Shown here: positions 54,701-64,000 of the stretch, in pieces
Layout of the letters: every line of letters starts with the position of its first letter
How positions within the stretch are numbered: the first letter of the stretch is position 1
Source: Antedon mediterranea
Lineage: Eukaryota; Animalia; Echinodermata
Direction: 5' to 3'
Length of the DNA stretch: 64,000 nucleotides
Assembly (NCBI RefSeq): GCF_964355755.1
Contig: NC_092680.1
Span: 16,811,045 to 16,875,044 of the forward strand
The notes under the pieces: generated by a model
The model's input: only the letters and a program-made list of their open reading frames with translations
The model's database searches: none
Told to the model about the DNA's origin: nothing
Position numbers and translations under genes: made by a program

Positions 54701-54843
54701 TACAACTCTCCATTTATACTCTTCAGTTGACCACCTTCACTGACTTGTCCACGAACGTTAAATCCAAAACCAGTTTCACTTTTATGAATTTTAACAACCC
54801 GAGGTTCAATTTCTTCACTTCCCTGAATGTTTGCCTCCGCCAT
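24775..54843 (-). CDS. SNX27: Sorting nexin-27 (PDZ-PX-FERM-like), 11 coding exons, about 515 aa
   Basis: Exons 54843-54614, 49131-48900, 47637-47445, 44736-44660, 42965-42858, 41982-41907, 35937-35777, 31238-31149, 30530-30381, 26887-26759 and 24876-24775 are all GT-AG with a continuous frame (1548 nt). Diagnostic segments: [35 protein letters not shown] (PDZ), [21 protein letters not shown] (PX), [14 protein letters not shown] and [12 protein letters not shown] (FERM-like). Confidence 0.95.
26388..26685 (+). mobile_element. Degenerate tRNA-derived SINE (CORE-like centre, L2-type tail)
   Basis: A-box-like gtggcacagtatg and B-box-like ggttcaaatac. Central tccttaggcaag...tgcctctctccacccaggtg...aaatgggta. 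Tail gtgaagtgcttaga...gctataaa...(att)n. Confidence 0.6.
27680..30088. repeat. 35-bp minisatellite, about 69 copies, in SNX27 intron 9
   Basis: Head-to-tail unit gcagcactggtgaataagcatgttctattcaatat with no spacers. Variation falls mostly at a few biallelic positions. Confidence 0.97.
31672..31687 (+). repeat. Poly-G tract (16 G)
   Basis: Direct read at 31672-31687. Confidence 0.9.
34447..34755 (-). mobile_element. tRNA-derived SINE (Meta/MESC-like central domain)
   Basis: On the minus strand: gtgtggccaagcaattaag (A box), ggttcgaagc (B box), central tcggataaggactataaaccgtaggacc...gcactttaaagaatc, and an AT-rich tail. Confidence 0.65.
36420..36811. mobile_element. TTAA-flanked MITE with about 145-bp inverted arms (Kolobok-like)
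   Basis: ttaa|aggacatcttgactgaggacca...gatgtacatatgatt...gagattaaggatatcgccgca...ccgtaaattgctg is mirrored at about 36675-36811, followed by ttaa. Confidence 0.85.
37576..37821. mobile_element. Harbinger-like MITE
   Basis: Perfect TIR agcctggtttccataaaatcgctacac / gtgtagcgattttatggaaaccaggct. Confidence 0.85.
37826..40670. mobile_element. TTAA-flanked non-autonomous DNA transposon (Kolobok-like), host of a nested insertion
   Basis: ttaa|agggggattctggatttaaaat ... attttaaacccggaacccccct|ttaa. No transposase ORF seen. Confidence 0.75.
38194..39454. mobile_element. Non-autonomous DNA transposon with TAA TSD and GGCC termini (Zator- or Harbinger-like), nested in 37826-40670
   Basis: taa|ggccaaataaaaaaacatacttgttaagcgtcac ... 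gtgacgcttaacaagtatatttttttatttggcc|taa. Confidence 0.82.
42455..42810. repeat. Degenerate 13-bp tandem repeat
   Basis: (gacactcatttgt / gacactcgattgc)n, next to the donor site of SNX27 exon 5. Confidence 0.85.
43023..43143. mobile_element. MITE, AGCTCTGTCTACAC family
   Basis: agctctgtctacactatcaaac ... gtttgatagtgtagacagatct. Confidence 0.85.
45331..45473. mobile_element. MITE, AGCTCTGTCTACAC family (degenerate right TIR)
   Basis: The left TIR is intact. The core carries a CAGTA insertion relative to sister copies. Confidence 0.75.
45876..45971. mobile_element. Small Harbinger-like MITE
   Basis: aggttggtttccatta ... taatggaaacctccct. Confidence 0.55.
45975..46568. mobile_element. TTAA-flanked MITE (Kolobok-like)
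   Basis: ttaa|aggccaggtgcgggcaaaaaattt ... aaattcttgcctgtacctgagct|ttaa. Confidence 0.6.
46988..47151. repeat. Inverted repeat of about 36 bp, probably part of a non-autonomous DNA element
   Basis: atacaaataatgaatgtttatgagtgcgatggtaca / tgtactatcgcactcatcttaaacattcattatttgtat. Confidence 0.7.
48140..48520. repeat. Degenerate short-period tandem repeat (agtcaagtatgcg / agttaaataagc), probably transposon subterminal repeats
   Basis: Recurrent gtcaa(g/a)ta(t/a)gc-type motifs at roughly 20-25 bp spacing. Confidence 0.45.
48750..48861. mobile_element. MITE, AGCTCTGTCTACAC family, reverse orientation, one end eroded
   Basis: tttgtcacaaaagtttgatagtgtagacagagct|ttaa. Confidence 0.75.
51011..51395. 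mobile_element. MITE with about 33-bp TIR
   Basis: tatagagttctgcggtgctgacatcacaacggta / taccgttgtgacataacaccgcagaactctata. No clear TSD. Confidence 0.7.
54190..54608. repeat. Low-complexity CTAG/TAGGCCTA/TAGGCTA-rich tract at the start of SNX27 intron 1
   Basis: Dense taggccta, taggcta, tagcta and tagtacta palindromes. A similar tract lies at 57807-57880 in intron 1 of the TPR gene. Confidence 0.8.
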
Positions 54844-56174
54844 GATTACCACCCTGGATTCTCTGATAAAGTCATGTGACTTGTTGTGTTGTTTACATAT
54901 TTTAGAGGGCGGTATAATATTTACGCCTATACTTGTACTCTACTGTAGTACGACTTCTAAATTTTTACATGACACTGATAATCTTGACCAGCAATGTTAT
55001 ACTTCCATAATATCTACCTTATTCCACCCACCCAATTTAATTTCTTACTGTTGGGTGAATACGTTTAACATTTTAATAACCTAATCGCCTAATTGCACAT
55101 CAAAAGTTGGGGGAGATAATATATGATATCATCACGGAAGTGACTACAACTAACTTTCCTCCAATCCGAAACCAGCATCTTGGGAAATAGACTGACAATC
55201 AGAATTCGCCAGGGAGAGAGCAAAAATACATAAATTATTTGATTAAAAAATAATATTATAACAAAATATAACAAAATATAAAATATGTATTCACATATAC
55301 CGTAGACGAAAATATATTGTTTAAAATTACCTATAATAAGCATTTCATAATGCGTTTTCTTTATAACTTAACTTTGATACATTTTGGAGTCATAAAAAGT
55401 GCGGCCTTTAGAATTCTAACATATTGAAATAATAACATATAAAATGATTTTTAAAAATAAGATACGGAAAATTCACAAGTTACACGCAGGCCTACAATTA
55501 TTTTAATATCAGGCGTATAGATTTATTAATTTCAAGTTATTTGTAGATTTTCTAAACAAGTTTGTTTTAAAATCATGATATTCATACAATGTAAGATAAG
55601 TAATACTAATATGGTATAATACTGTATAATTTATTGTTTAGATTACTGGATGACATCCTGTTCAGACCCTGTGACACGTCAATCACAATGTTGCAGGAGG
55701 ACTCCAGTTTCCTGTTATAGCTTTTGTTCTTAAATTTCCAATTACCCTTTCCTTCTCCATGCATTCCCATTTAGAATAGAATATAATATTATGTTTTCTA
55801 ATGCATATTTCTTGATAAAATGTATTGTACTATGTTTTTCATTAAATTAATGCTATGTCCTCGCTGTGCCCTCAACCTTGGTAGCGAGGCTTGTTTCCAA
55901 AAGAAAGTCAGAATAATAATGATCTTAATAATTATAATACACATGATAAAAACATTAAATTATTAATAGTTGGAAGAGTATTTAATCGTTTTAATTTGTA
56001 TATCTACTTTGACATTCATGCTAAACACATTGCGTTCCATTAGTGCCACCATTTGGAACCAGAGAACACAAAGTTATAAAAATTACAAAATTCTTTACCC
56101 ACACTCACATCTAATTTTAAATTTTTGGCCACACGATTTTATTTAGCAGCAGATCACAATATTATAAACATTTA

Positions 56175-56630
56175 ACCAACCACAAATAAACTTGCTGTGG
56201 AAATTAAAACTCAACCATATAGTGACCGAATGAAATTTATGAAACTGCCATCATTAGCATTTCGAAGAAAGAGGTCTTGCTGCTTACAGATTTTTAGAAT
56301 GATACAAAAGTATGATAATGTTAATCCGGGTGTCTTTTTTGAATTAGTACCTTCTACTGTAACTAGAGGCCACAATTTTAAAATTAAAAAAGTTCATAGT
56401 AAATCGAAACACAGACAGAAATTCTTTTCAATATCTGCAGTAAATGATTGGAATAGTTTGCCATATCATATAGTAAATGCATCCTCTATAAATAATTTTA
56501 AAACCCATCTTGAAACACACTGGAAAACCCACAACCTAAAGTTTGAGCCATTATAACCAAGATGTTCAAAGAGGGACTCACAAACCTTAACAGGTTTATA
56601 GTCTAAAGGTCAAGGTAAATCAAGGTAAAC
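56175..56630 (+). mobile_element. 5'-truncated CR1/L2-group LINE fragment (ORF2 C-terminus + 3' tail)
   Basis: ORF 56197-56556 has the motifs YSDRMK..KLPSLAFRR, TRGH, FFS..VNDWNSLP and FKTHLE, typical of CR1-group ORF2 ends. Short tandem tail caaggtaaat-caaggtaaac. Confidence 0.85.
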
Positions 56631-56768
56631 TTATTTTATAAATGCTGTATGATTGGTCATAATTTTTCGACTCACTAGCGCCGGAAAAAAATCCCTTTTT
56701 TTAGGAGGCTAGAGGAGCTAGCTAGCTAGCTATGAATGTATTTCGATAAGAAAGATACTCGATCTTAC

Positions 56769-57597
56769 CAAGAATATATATCACAAGAATGAGTAATCCG
56801 CGATTTTCCCTGTAACAGTAATATTGTCCATGTGGTAGGGCGCCGCCATAAGTGTGGATGTATCTGGGATGTATACAACTTTTTGTGACGGTTTCACTAA
56901 TCAAAGGCTGGACCACCGGTAGTATTTTCATGATAAAAATGTTATAAACTACATGCCAACATCATGTTAAATACTATTTGGATGTTTAATTGTTCGTTTT
57001 ATGCAATTTATTTAGTAAAAACTGCCGTATAAACAGTTTGCTTTATCAACCGGGCGCTACGATAGCGTGACCGGGCGTGTTGGTGTTTACGCGTTTTCAC
57101 GAACGATAGTTTAATAATATTCCTATATTTAACTTGTTTCTGGTAAAACAAATAAATGTTAATGATATTTAACATTTTTTCCTATTAATAACATGTATTT
57201 TATACTAATTTATATCATAAAACAATACTTAATTTACCGGGCGTAGAGTAGTACATGGCAATGGTAAAGAATAGGCCGTGCTGAGTAACGATTCGTTGAT
57301 TTTTGGTGTTGCTGTGTTAGGCTTTTTTTGTGAACTAACTTAGCATGTTAGTAAATAATTGTCTGTAAAAGTGAATGTACACTAGTTTGTTAATAAATAC
57401 GTATTATAAAATAGTTTACAATTGCAAAATATATTATTATTCTATTTAATGTGACATGTATAATATCTATTAAATCAAGTCTTATTTAGTATGTATACAT
57501 CCGCCCTTATGAGGGCGGGCATCACTCTCTGGAGCTCTCTGTTACAAATTTCTCATGCAAAAATCGCGGAATACTCATTCTTGTGATATATTCTTTG
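56769..57597. mobile_element. P-element-like (or hAT) MITE with 7-8 bp TSD, just upstream of the TPR gene
   Basis: (g)atcttac|caagaatatatatcacaagaatgagtaatccgcgatttt ... aaaatcgcggaatactcattcttgtgatatattcttt(g)|atcttac. Confidence 0.82.
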
Positions 57598-57667
57598 ATC
57601 TTACGAACAACAGCAGAGCGCAGCAAGTCAGTAGTGAAATAATTGGATACAAGTCAACCAATTAATT

Positions 57668-60600
57668 ATGAATAATAAGGTTAATTTTTGGTAGTTGTAA
57701 AATGTTGTGGAATGGTACAAAAATGTTTCGTTCTTTTCAATCTAAACATAACAAATGTACTAAAATAAAAACATAATGTACAGTGTTATCGCCTCTCTAT
57801 ATATATGCCTAGAGGCTAGGCTAGGCTTTTTAGGGCCTTCCTTGCTAGCTAGCTAGCTAGCTAGCTAGGAGAGGCCTAAAGAAGGGTAGGATGTAGTACC
57901 TGGGAGTAGTAGGGTCGTTTCGCTCCTTTTGCGAAATTGTACAACAGGCTATCTATAGCAATATAAAAAAAGAGCGAAACGACCAACCTTAAATTAACAA
58001 TTTCCTTTTTGTATTGTATTTGATTTTATTTTATTTAATATTATTGTTTTTATAAATTTTTAATAGATTTCGCTGGTACCGTGGCCGTGTTATGCGCAAT
58101 TTGAAATTGCGCAATGGTATTCCTTGCGCAATTTAAAAATGTGCAAGTCATCCATGCGGCAACGAGAGCATTGGGGCTTGCTTCTCTCAAAATTATTTAG
58201 GCTACAGTAGCTAGGTCCGCTGTTTGAAATTTTCTGCACAATTTGAACTGAGTATTCTGATTCAAATTGCGCAAGAAAATTCTTTCACAATTTCAATTTG
58301 TTCAAATCATTCAAAATATGCATAACTAACAGCCGTATTCACAAGTGAAATAAACCTCGCTTATGATTGGTGTAAATACTGCCACTAAATCCACCATTTT
58401 GTTTGGCATCATTTTGTTTTTTAACAATTTTATTTATAGGAAAAAGCTGAAGAAGAGAAGGAACTGGGAAATGAGTGTATGAAATCCCACAATCCCACAG
58501 AAGCTATTCTGCATTATACAACCGGCATTAAACTAGACAAAAAAGAGCACCGCCTCTATAGTAATCGCTGTTTTGCTTTCTTGCAAATTCAACAATTTTA
58601 CCTTGCATTACAAGATGCTGAAACGGTCATAAAGCTTAACCCTGATTGGCCAAAAGTAAGTAAGTTATTTTTAGTGTTCAATAAAAATTGAGAGTCCTGA
58701 AGATTTGTGTATTTGTGAGGTTTTTTTGGCACTGAAATTATAATACAGTAAAATAGTGGAATATTATTATTATAAAAATATGGTTTTTTTATAGGGTTAC
58801 TACAGAAAAGGTGAAGTTCAATTCTGCACAGAGAATTATGAGGAAGCAATTAGGTCTTATGAAGTGAGAAAATTGTATTTTTTATCAAGATAGGGTACTT
58901 ATTTAGAACTATGAGTTCAACAAAGCCCTTAAAAGCATTATGATTCTTACTTTTAAAAACAAATAATTCCACTCTAAAGCTCTGTCTACACTATCAAACT
59001 AGTATAACAAAAACATTTTTGTGTCCAAACATGGTAGTGATGTGCCCAAATAGGGTAGTGATATGACATCATCATGTCCATATATTGGCACATCCCATTT
59101 TTTGTCACATACAGTTTTAGTATAGACAGAGCTTAAGAGAATCATCTACTATACAGGCTGATTTTAAATTTTAATTTAACATTTTTTCTGTACACTAATT
59201 ATTTTAAGTATTGCAAAATACTTTCTTATTTAAGACTGGACTTGCATTAGACAATGCAAATGAAGGAATACAACAAGCTATTAACAAATCCAAGCAAAAG
59301 CTAGAAGAATATATCAAAGGTAAAATGTTATTTTAAAAGTTGTTTTAGCTAGAGCACTTTTATGGATATATAAACTTTATAAAACAGTTTTATATTTTCA
59401 TTCCAGAGAGGCTCTACAGATATAAGTTTGCTATACATAAAAATATTATATCATATGTAAGGTAATATAGCTTGTGTACAGTAAGCCATAGCGTTCTTAC
59501 ACAAATGTGCCACAGCCAGCAGTATGGCAATGTCATACTTTATTATACAGTATTTTTATATTAACAGCAAAGCGGCGACTGCCTTGGATGGGCCTAGCTT
59601 TTGGTGTGCTTGTTGGTATTACACTTATTCTTGCTGATCACTTTGTTGCAGAAAATCCAATGTTAGAGGTAAAAGCATTTTTATCTTATCCACTGTATTA
59701 TGTTACTGTATTATTATACAAGGGTAATATGAATTGGTTATAGTCTTTGTATTGGGGAAGGAGGATCGCTACTTTTGTTTCTGTAGTTCCAACCACATAT
59801 TCTTTTTTCACTGGGCAGCTACAAAGAGATTTATTTCTGAATCATAGCACATACTAAATATATCAAGGCCTAGGTAATACATCATAGCTGTATGTTACCC
59901 CTTTCGCACCAAAACTCTGCAGTGATCTCCGGAGGCACGCCAGGGTTTTTGACCATTCAAAACGTTGAGAAACTCTGAAGAGACCAATTCACACCAACCT
60001 AAACACAGCGCTTTTTTAAATAAAATCGTAAATATCGCCCTCTAATTTGTTTGTTTACATAGCGAAGATCAATAGAATAGTTTTAATTGATATTTTTATT
60101 CTAATCATTATTTTCTCAGTCTCAGAAGTCATATACTGCTTTATTTATACAGTACTACTTATTGTTATTTAGACCCGCTATATATTTTGTACAAATATTT
60201 TTTTTAAAATGTAACTAAAGCAATGATTGATCATGTGAGGATGTCCTTTCAGAGAGTCAACTCCAGAGAATGTTCAGCTGTTCAACCCCGGTGTTTTGAA
60301 CTCCGTAATTATTTGATTATACCTTTCACATCAAAACACCAGGCTGTCAAATCCGGGATGTCTCCGGAGTTTTGCTTTTGGTGTGAAAGTTAACTTTTCT
60401 TGTACCTTCCTAGAAAAATATGCACCTAACCATGGTGAGGTGTGAACTCATCATCAACAGCACATTTACAAACCTTCATACACTGTGGGTCAATAACCAA
60501 TGATATTACTATTACTTATTTAGTCTATGGTTTTAAGATGTCTAGTTGTATCTGTATTTGCGTCTCTTGGTCTGCTAGCTACATGGCTGTACAGCTACAT

Positions 60601-61174
60601 GTTACAACTGCAACGGTCATCACTACTTGACCCTCCAGCTGATTTAGGATTTGGTAAGACATTTTAAATCCCTTAATCTTGAATTTTCACCAATGCTAAG
60701 AGGTTAACACTTTATAGTATGTGATCCAATATTCAGGCCAATATTTATCAAAGTAAAATTATAATACTGTAGTTCATACAGTATTGCATTGTACTTTTAA
60801 AATGTATAGATTCCAGGTATGTAATAAAAAAAATTCCCATTTAAAATATTTTGCCTTCACTGGAACCAATAAACCTTAACAGCCTAACATTCAAACTCTC
60901 TTTTTCTGTTTTCTTTTTAACATAATTTTAAATTGTTGTATTATAATGTATTTCAGAAGAACAACTGCTAGGCCTAGGCTGCTATAGAAAAGATGGACAT
61001 TCAATTGAGTCTCCAATTAGAAATAAAGTGTTACTTTAATAATAATATGTATATTTGTTTGATCTAGGATCTACTGAACCTAAATGTAATGGTACTACAG
61101 AAAAAACAAAAAATAGTAAAAAGAGCCCATCCGCTGAAAGAAGACGAAGTCAGAGAAAGTGTACAAAGACTTGA
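57668..61174 (+). CDS. TPR-domain protein (HOP/STI1-type three-TPR module) with two transmembrane helices and a basic tail, about 239 aa
   Basis: Exons 57668-57679, 58440-58655, 58795-58863, 59235-59319, 59568-59668, 60524-60653 and 61068-61174 are GT-AG with a continuous frame (720 nt). TPR motifs: AEEEKELGNECM, LYSNRCFAF, LNPDWPKGYYRKG. TM1 WMGLAFGVLVGITLILA, TM2 CLVVSVFASLGLLATWLY. The first and last exons are less certain. Confidence 0.82.
58978..59133. mobile_element. MITE, AGCTCTGTCTACAC family, reverse orientation
   Basis: agctctgtctacactatcaaacta ... tagtatagacagagct. Confidence 0.8.
59898..60390. mobile_element. Probable Harbinger-like MITE in a TPR-gene intron
   Basis: ctttcgcaccaaaa..ctccggaggcacgcc / gggatgtctccggag..ttttggtgtgaaag. 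Confidence 0.5.
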
Positions 61175-61537
61175 GGTAGTCATGATATTGCCAAATTTGA
61201 GTTCCATTGTTCAAGACAGCAGTTGCCTCCTTTACATTCAAAACTTCTTCTTAGACTGACTAGGTTCAGGATTTGTTAAACATGGTAGCATAATAATATT
61301 AATAGTCTGTCAAAACGGGGAGAGCACACACACATTTAGCGCTACCCCCCTATCACGTTTCTGTATTTTTATCTTGGAATAAACCTTGTATTTATTAATT
61401 AATTTTTTATGTTTTTTGAAATTATTTATTGGAAATGGAAGAAATATACAACAGTAACAGTATTTGTTACGCTAGTCAAGTTTTAGGTTTTGAAAAAGAA
61501 TTATAGTTAAAAATGTTGTTATTGTACAACCCTCTTA

Positions 61538-62168
61538 AGCTTGTTTTCCTGTCGACGTTAAGTTGCGTTGAGTTGACATATTCAACGATTTAACAGGAAA
61601 AGGGGGTAAAATCGTTAAAATCTTAAATCGTTAAAGTTGAACTCGGTTCAACTTTAACGATTACGATCGTTACGACTGACCAATCAAATGGTCCACAAAT
61701 TACGTCATTGCAGTTTGTGAAAAAATAGGTATGCGCTGACAATTCTTGAATGTTTACAACGCGACGATGTTTTTCACCTTTTTTGTACACTTTTAAGGTC
61801 TGATATTAAAAAAAACAAGTGTAAGTTAAATTAAATTATAATATTAAACCAATTAAATTTAATGTTTGTCTTTAGTGTAAGCCTAGATTAAGATATCAAC
61901 GAAAGTATGTCCTAGGCTGGGTTTGAGCATCAAAACCCGTAACTTTTTCAATTTTCACGCGGTCCCGGCTGCGCGTGGCCGGCCTTAGTTTTGCAACACT
62001 TCACGTCCGCGTGTCCTAGCAACGCTCTAGAGAACCAAGAAACTATGAACGATCGCGTAAAAATGTGTAAATATTCGTGGTCCGACTCGATCATCGTCAT
62101 CGCTATTTTATTTTCAACTTTAACGATTTTAAACTCAACGTATTTCAACGTCGACAGGAAAACAGGCT
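61538..62168. mobile_element. Harbinger-like MITE
   Basis: TIR agcttgttttcctgtcgacgttaagttgcgttgagtt / aactcaacgtatttcaacgtcgacaggaaaacaggct, with internal aacgat/atcgtt repeats. Confidence 0.82.
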
Positions 62169-63154
62169 TTATGGAGAGAATAACAACGTATTCCTTTTCC
62201 TAACTTTACTAGTGTTTATTTGGCATGCAAATATTTATACAATTTGAACGATGTTTCCAGAGCTGAACACACCATTCCATAGTGACTGATTTTTTCTGTA
62301 TTTTTAACTCAGAAATATTTTATATGCTTAATTCTATTATTAAATTAGACTTAAGTACAACATTATTCAGGATTAACAGTTAACATTTTGGGGGAAAATG
62401 GCAAAAGGCCTTCTACTTTCTAGGAGTTTTATTATATAATCTATATTGTTTTGATAACACATGACCACAGTGCTGATTTTGCCATTTTTCCTCTTTAAGG
62501 CAATTTAAATATATTTTGCATTTTTAGAAAATTTATCAATTTTCAGTGGTACTGATAAAAACGATATGTGCAATTATTTAGTAGGCTAAAAAACATTTCA
62601 TATAATATTGAATAGTTGGGAAGAAACAATTCCTTAAAATACATGTTTGTATTTATCAAATAATAATCTGATCTGTTCTCTGTTTTAACATTTTTATTTT
62701 CATCATATTTACAGTATTGACAATAATGTTTCCTCATTATATTCCATGAATTATAAATAAATAAAATAGTCAACGTTATAAACAAAGCTACACTTTGTAT
62801 AAACGTTTCAAGCACCGTAATTGTTTCATAATATTTACAGTATTAAAAAATGATTTCTTATTATTCCATGAATTATAAAAAAATAATATAAAACATACAG
62901 TTACTATTGTAAAAGTTTTAAGTACCATTGTTTAAAGTATGTTAATGGTGTTACTGAATTAGTATCCGTTAATATTTAAGTAATGTTGACAATGGACATC
63001 CTTTTATGAAAAATAAAGAACAAATTGTTTAAAAAAACAAAGCAGTATTTTTGTAACGTTGTCTTTAGAATAGATTGAATTTTTATCAAAAATGTCTGAA
63101 CTCATGTTGGGAAAATCTGTTACTTTTGCTAAAACCATCAATCACTTACATAAC

Positions 63155-63228
63155 AGGACTGGTGGTCTAGTGGTTTAGGTGCTCATCGTCCAAGGTAAAA
63201 GCGATGACATGTTCAAATCCTGCCTGGA
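63155..63228 (+). mobile_element. Degenerate tRNA-derived SINE head / tRNA pseudogene
   Basis: A box tggtctagtgg and B box gttcaaatcc are present. No convincing cloverleaf. Confidence 0.45.
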
Positions 63229-63382
63229 TTGTTATCATACAGAAGTTGCCATCAAACCCTATCATCAAAATGAAATTAATTTGTTATACTTATGTATTGA
63301 TTAACTAATAAAATAACTGGAATTAATTAATAATTAATTTATCAAGTTATTGGATTATTGATATTTTTTTTATTCAGACTAA

Positions 63383-63499
63383 ACCTCTGTCTACACTATC
63401 AAACGTGACAAAAAAAATGTGATGTGCCCATACAGTATATGGACATGATGTCATATCACACTTTTTTGTTCAAACTGGTTTGATAGTTAAGACAGAACT
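63383..63499. mobile_element. MITE, AGCTCTGTCTACAC family
   Basis: ctctgtctacactatcaaac ... gtttgatagttaagacagaact, with a CAGTA insertion in the core. Confidence 0.75.
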
Positions 63500-63824
63500 T
63501 AATATACTTATTAGAATTTTGCCACGTTTCTGAGTCCTATCACTTATTATGAGGCTTGCCAATGGGTAGACTTCAGAAAAAAACAAATAAAATTTTACCT
63601 TTGAAGAGCACTATGGCAACAAATTCAAATTGACTTTTTTCTGCTGTACATGCCATGTAGATCCAACTAAAGTTAACCATTAATTTGGTTTAGGTTTAAA
63701 ATAAATAAGCATTTTTAAAATAATATTAAAATATTCACAACAATTTGTTCGTGTCCAGTTTAAAAAAATATTTTGAAGTCCACATTGTTTAAAAAGAAGC
63801 AATTGATGTGTGTAATGTAAGCCG

Positions 63825-64000
<176 letters not shown>

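Noticed and set aside
56197-56556. 119-aa ORF as a host gene
   Set aside because: It is the C-terminus of a CR1-group LINE ORF2, 5'-truncated, with a repeat tail.
61157-61174. C-terminal CTKT as a CaaX or KKxx signal
   Set aside because: The middle residues are not aliphatic, and the lysine spacing does not fit KKxx or KxKxx.
63155-63228. Functional tRNA gene
   Set aside because: A and B boxes are present, but there are no consistent acceptor or anticodon stems. SINE-like relic.
63590-63610. Possible 3'UTR splice donor downstream of the ARL14EP stop (AAAG|gtaaaa)
   Set aside because: A common chance motif in AT-rich DNA, with no identifiable partner acceptor or exon.

Overview
AT-rich, intron-containing animal (invertebrate-type) genomic DNA. 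It is not prokaryotic, so the ORF track captures only exon fragments. The left third (1-19 kb) is a tandem minus-strand cluster of NLR-type innate immune receptor genes with the architecture acidic N-terminus / tandem DED-like death folds / NACHT / RI-like LRR. One copy is intact (about 1385 aa). One copy is interrupted by a 1482-bp Helitron plus a 2-bp frameshift and carries a recent 177-bp LRR expansion. The 5' end of a third copy runs off the left edge. The middle (24.8-54.8 kb) holds a complete 11-coding-exon sorting nexin-27 gene whose introns contain a 35-bp minisatellite (about 69 copies), SINEs and many MITEs, including a nested element stack. On the right are a divergent 7-exon gene for a TPR protein with two transmembrane helices (intact EEVD clamp), a CR1-like LINE fragment and a P-like MITE between the two genes, and the 3' end of an ARL14EP-like gene. 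TACAGTA and TAGGCCTA motifs look like DNA-transposon excision footprints; two TACAGTA cases can be shown by alignment within the window. All exon structures were read by eye from splice signals and frame continuity and need RNA-seq confirmation.
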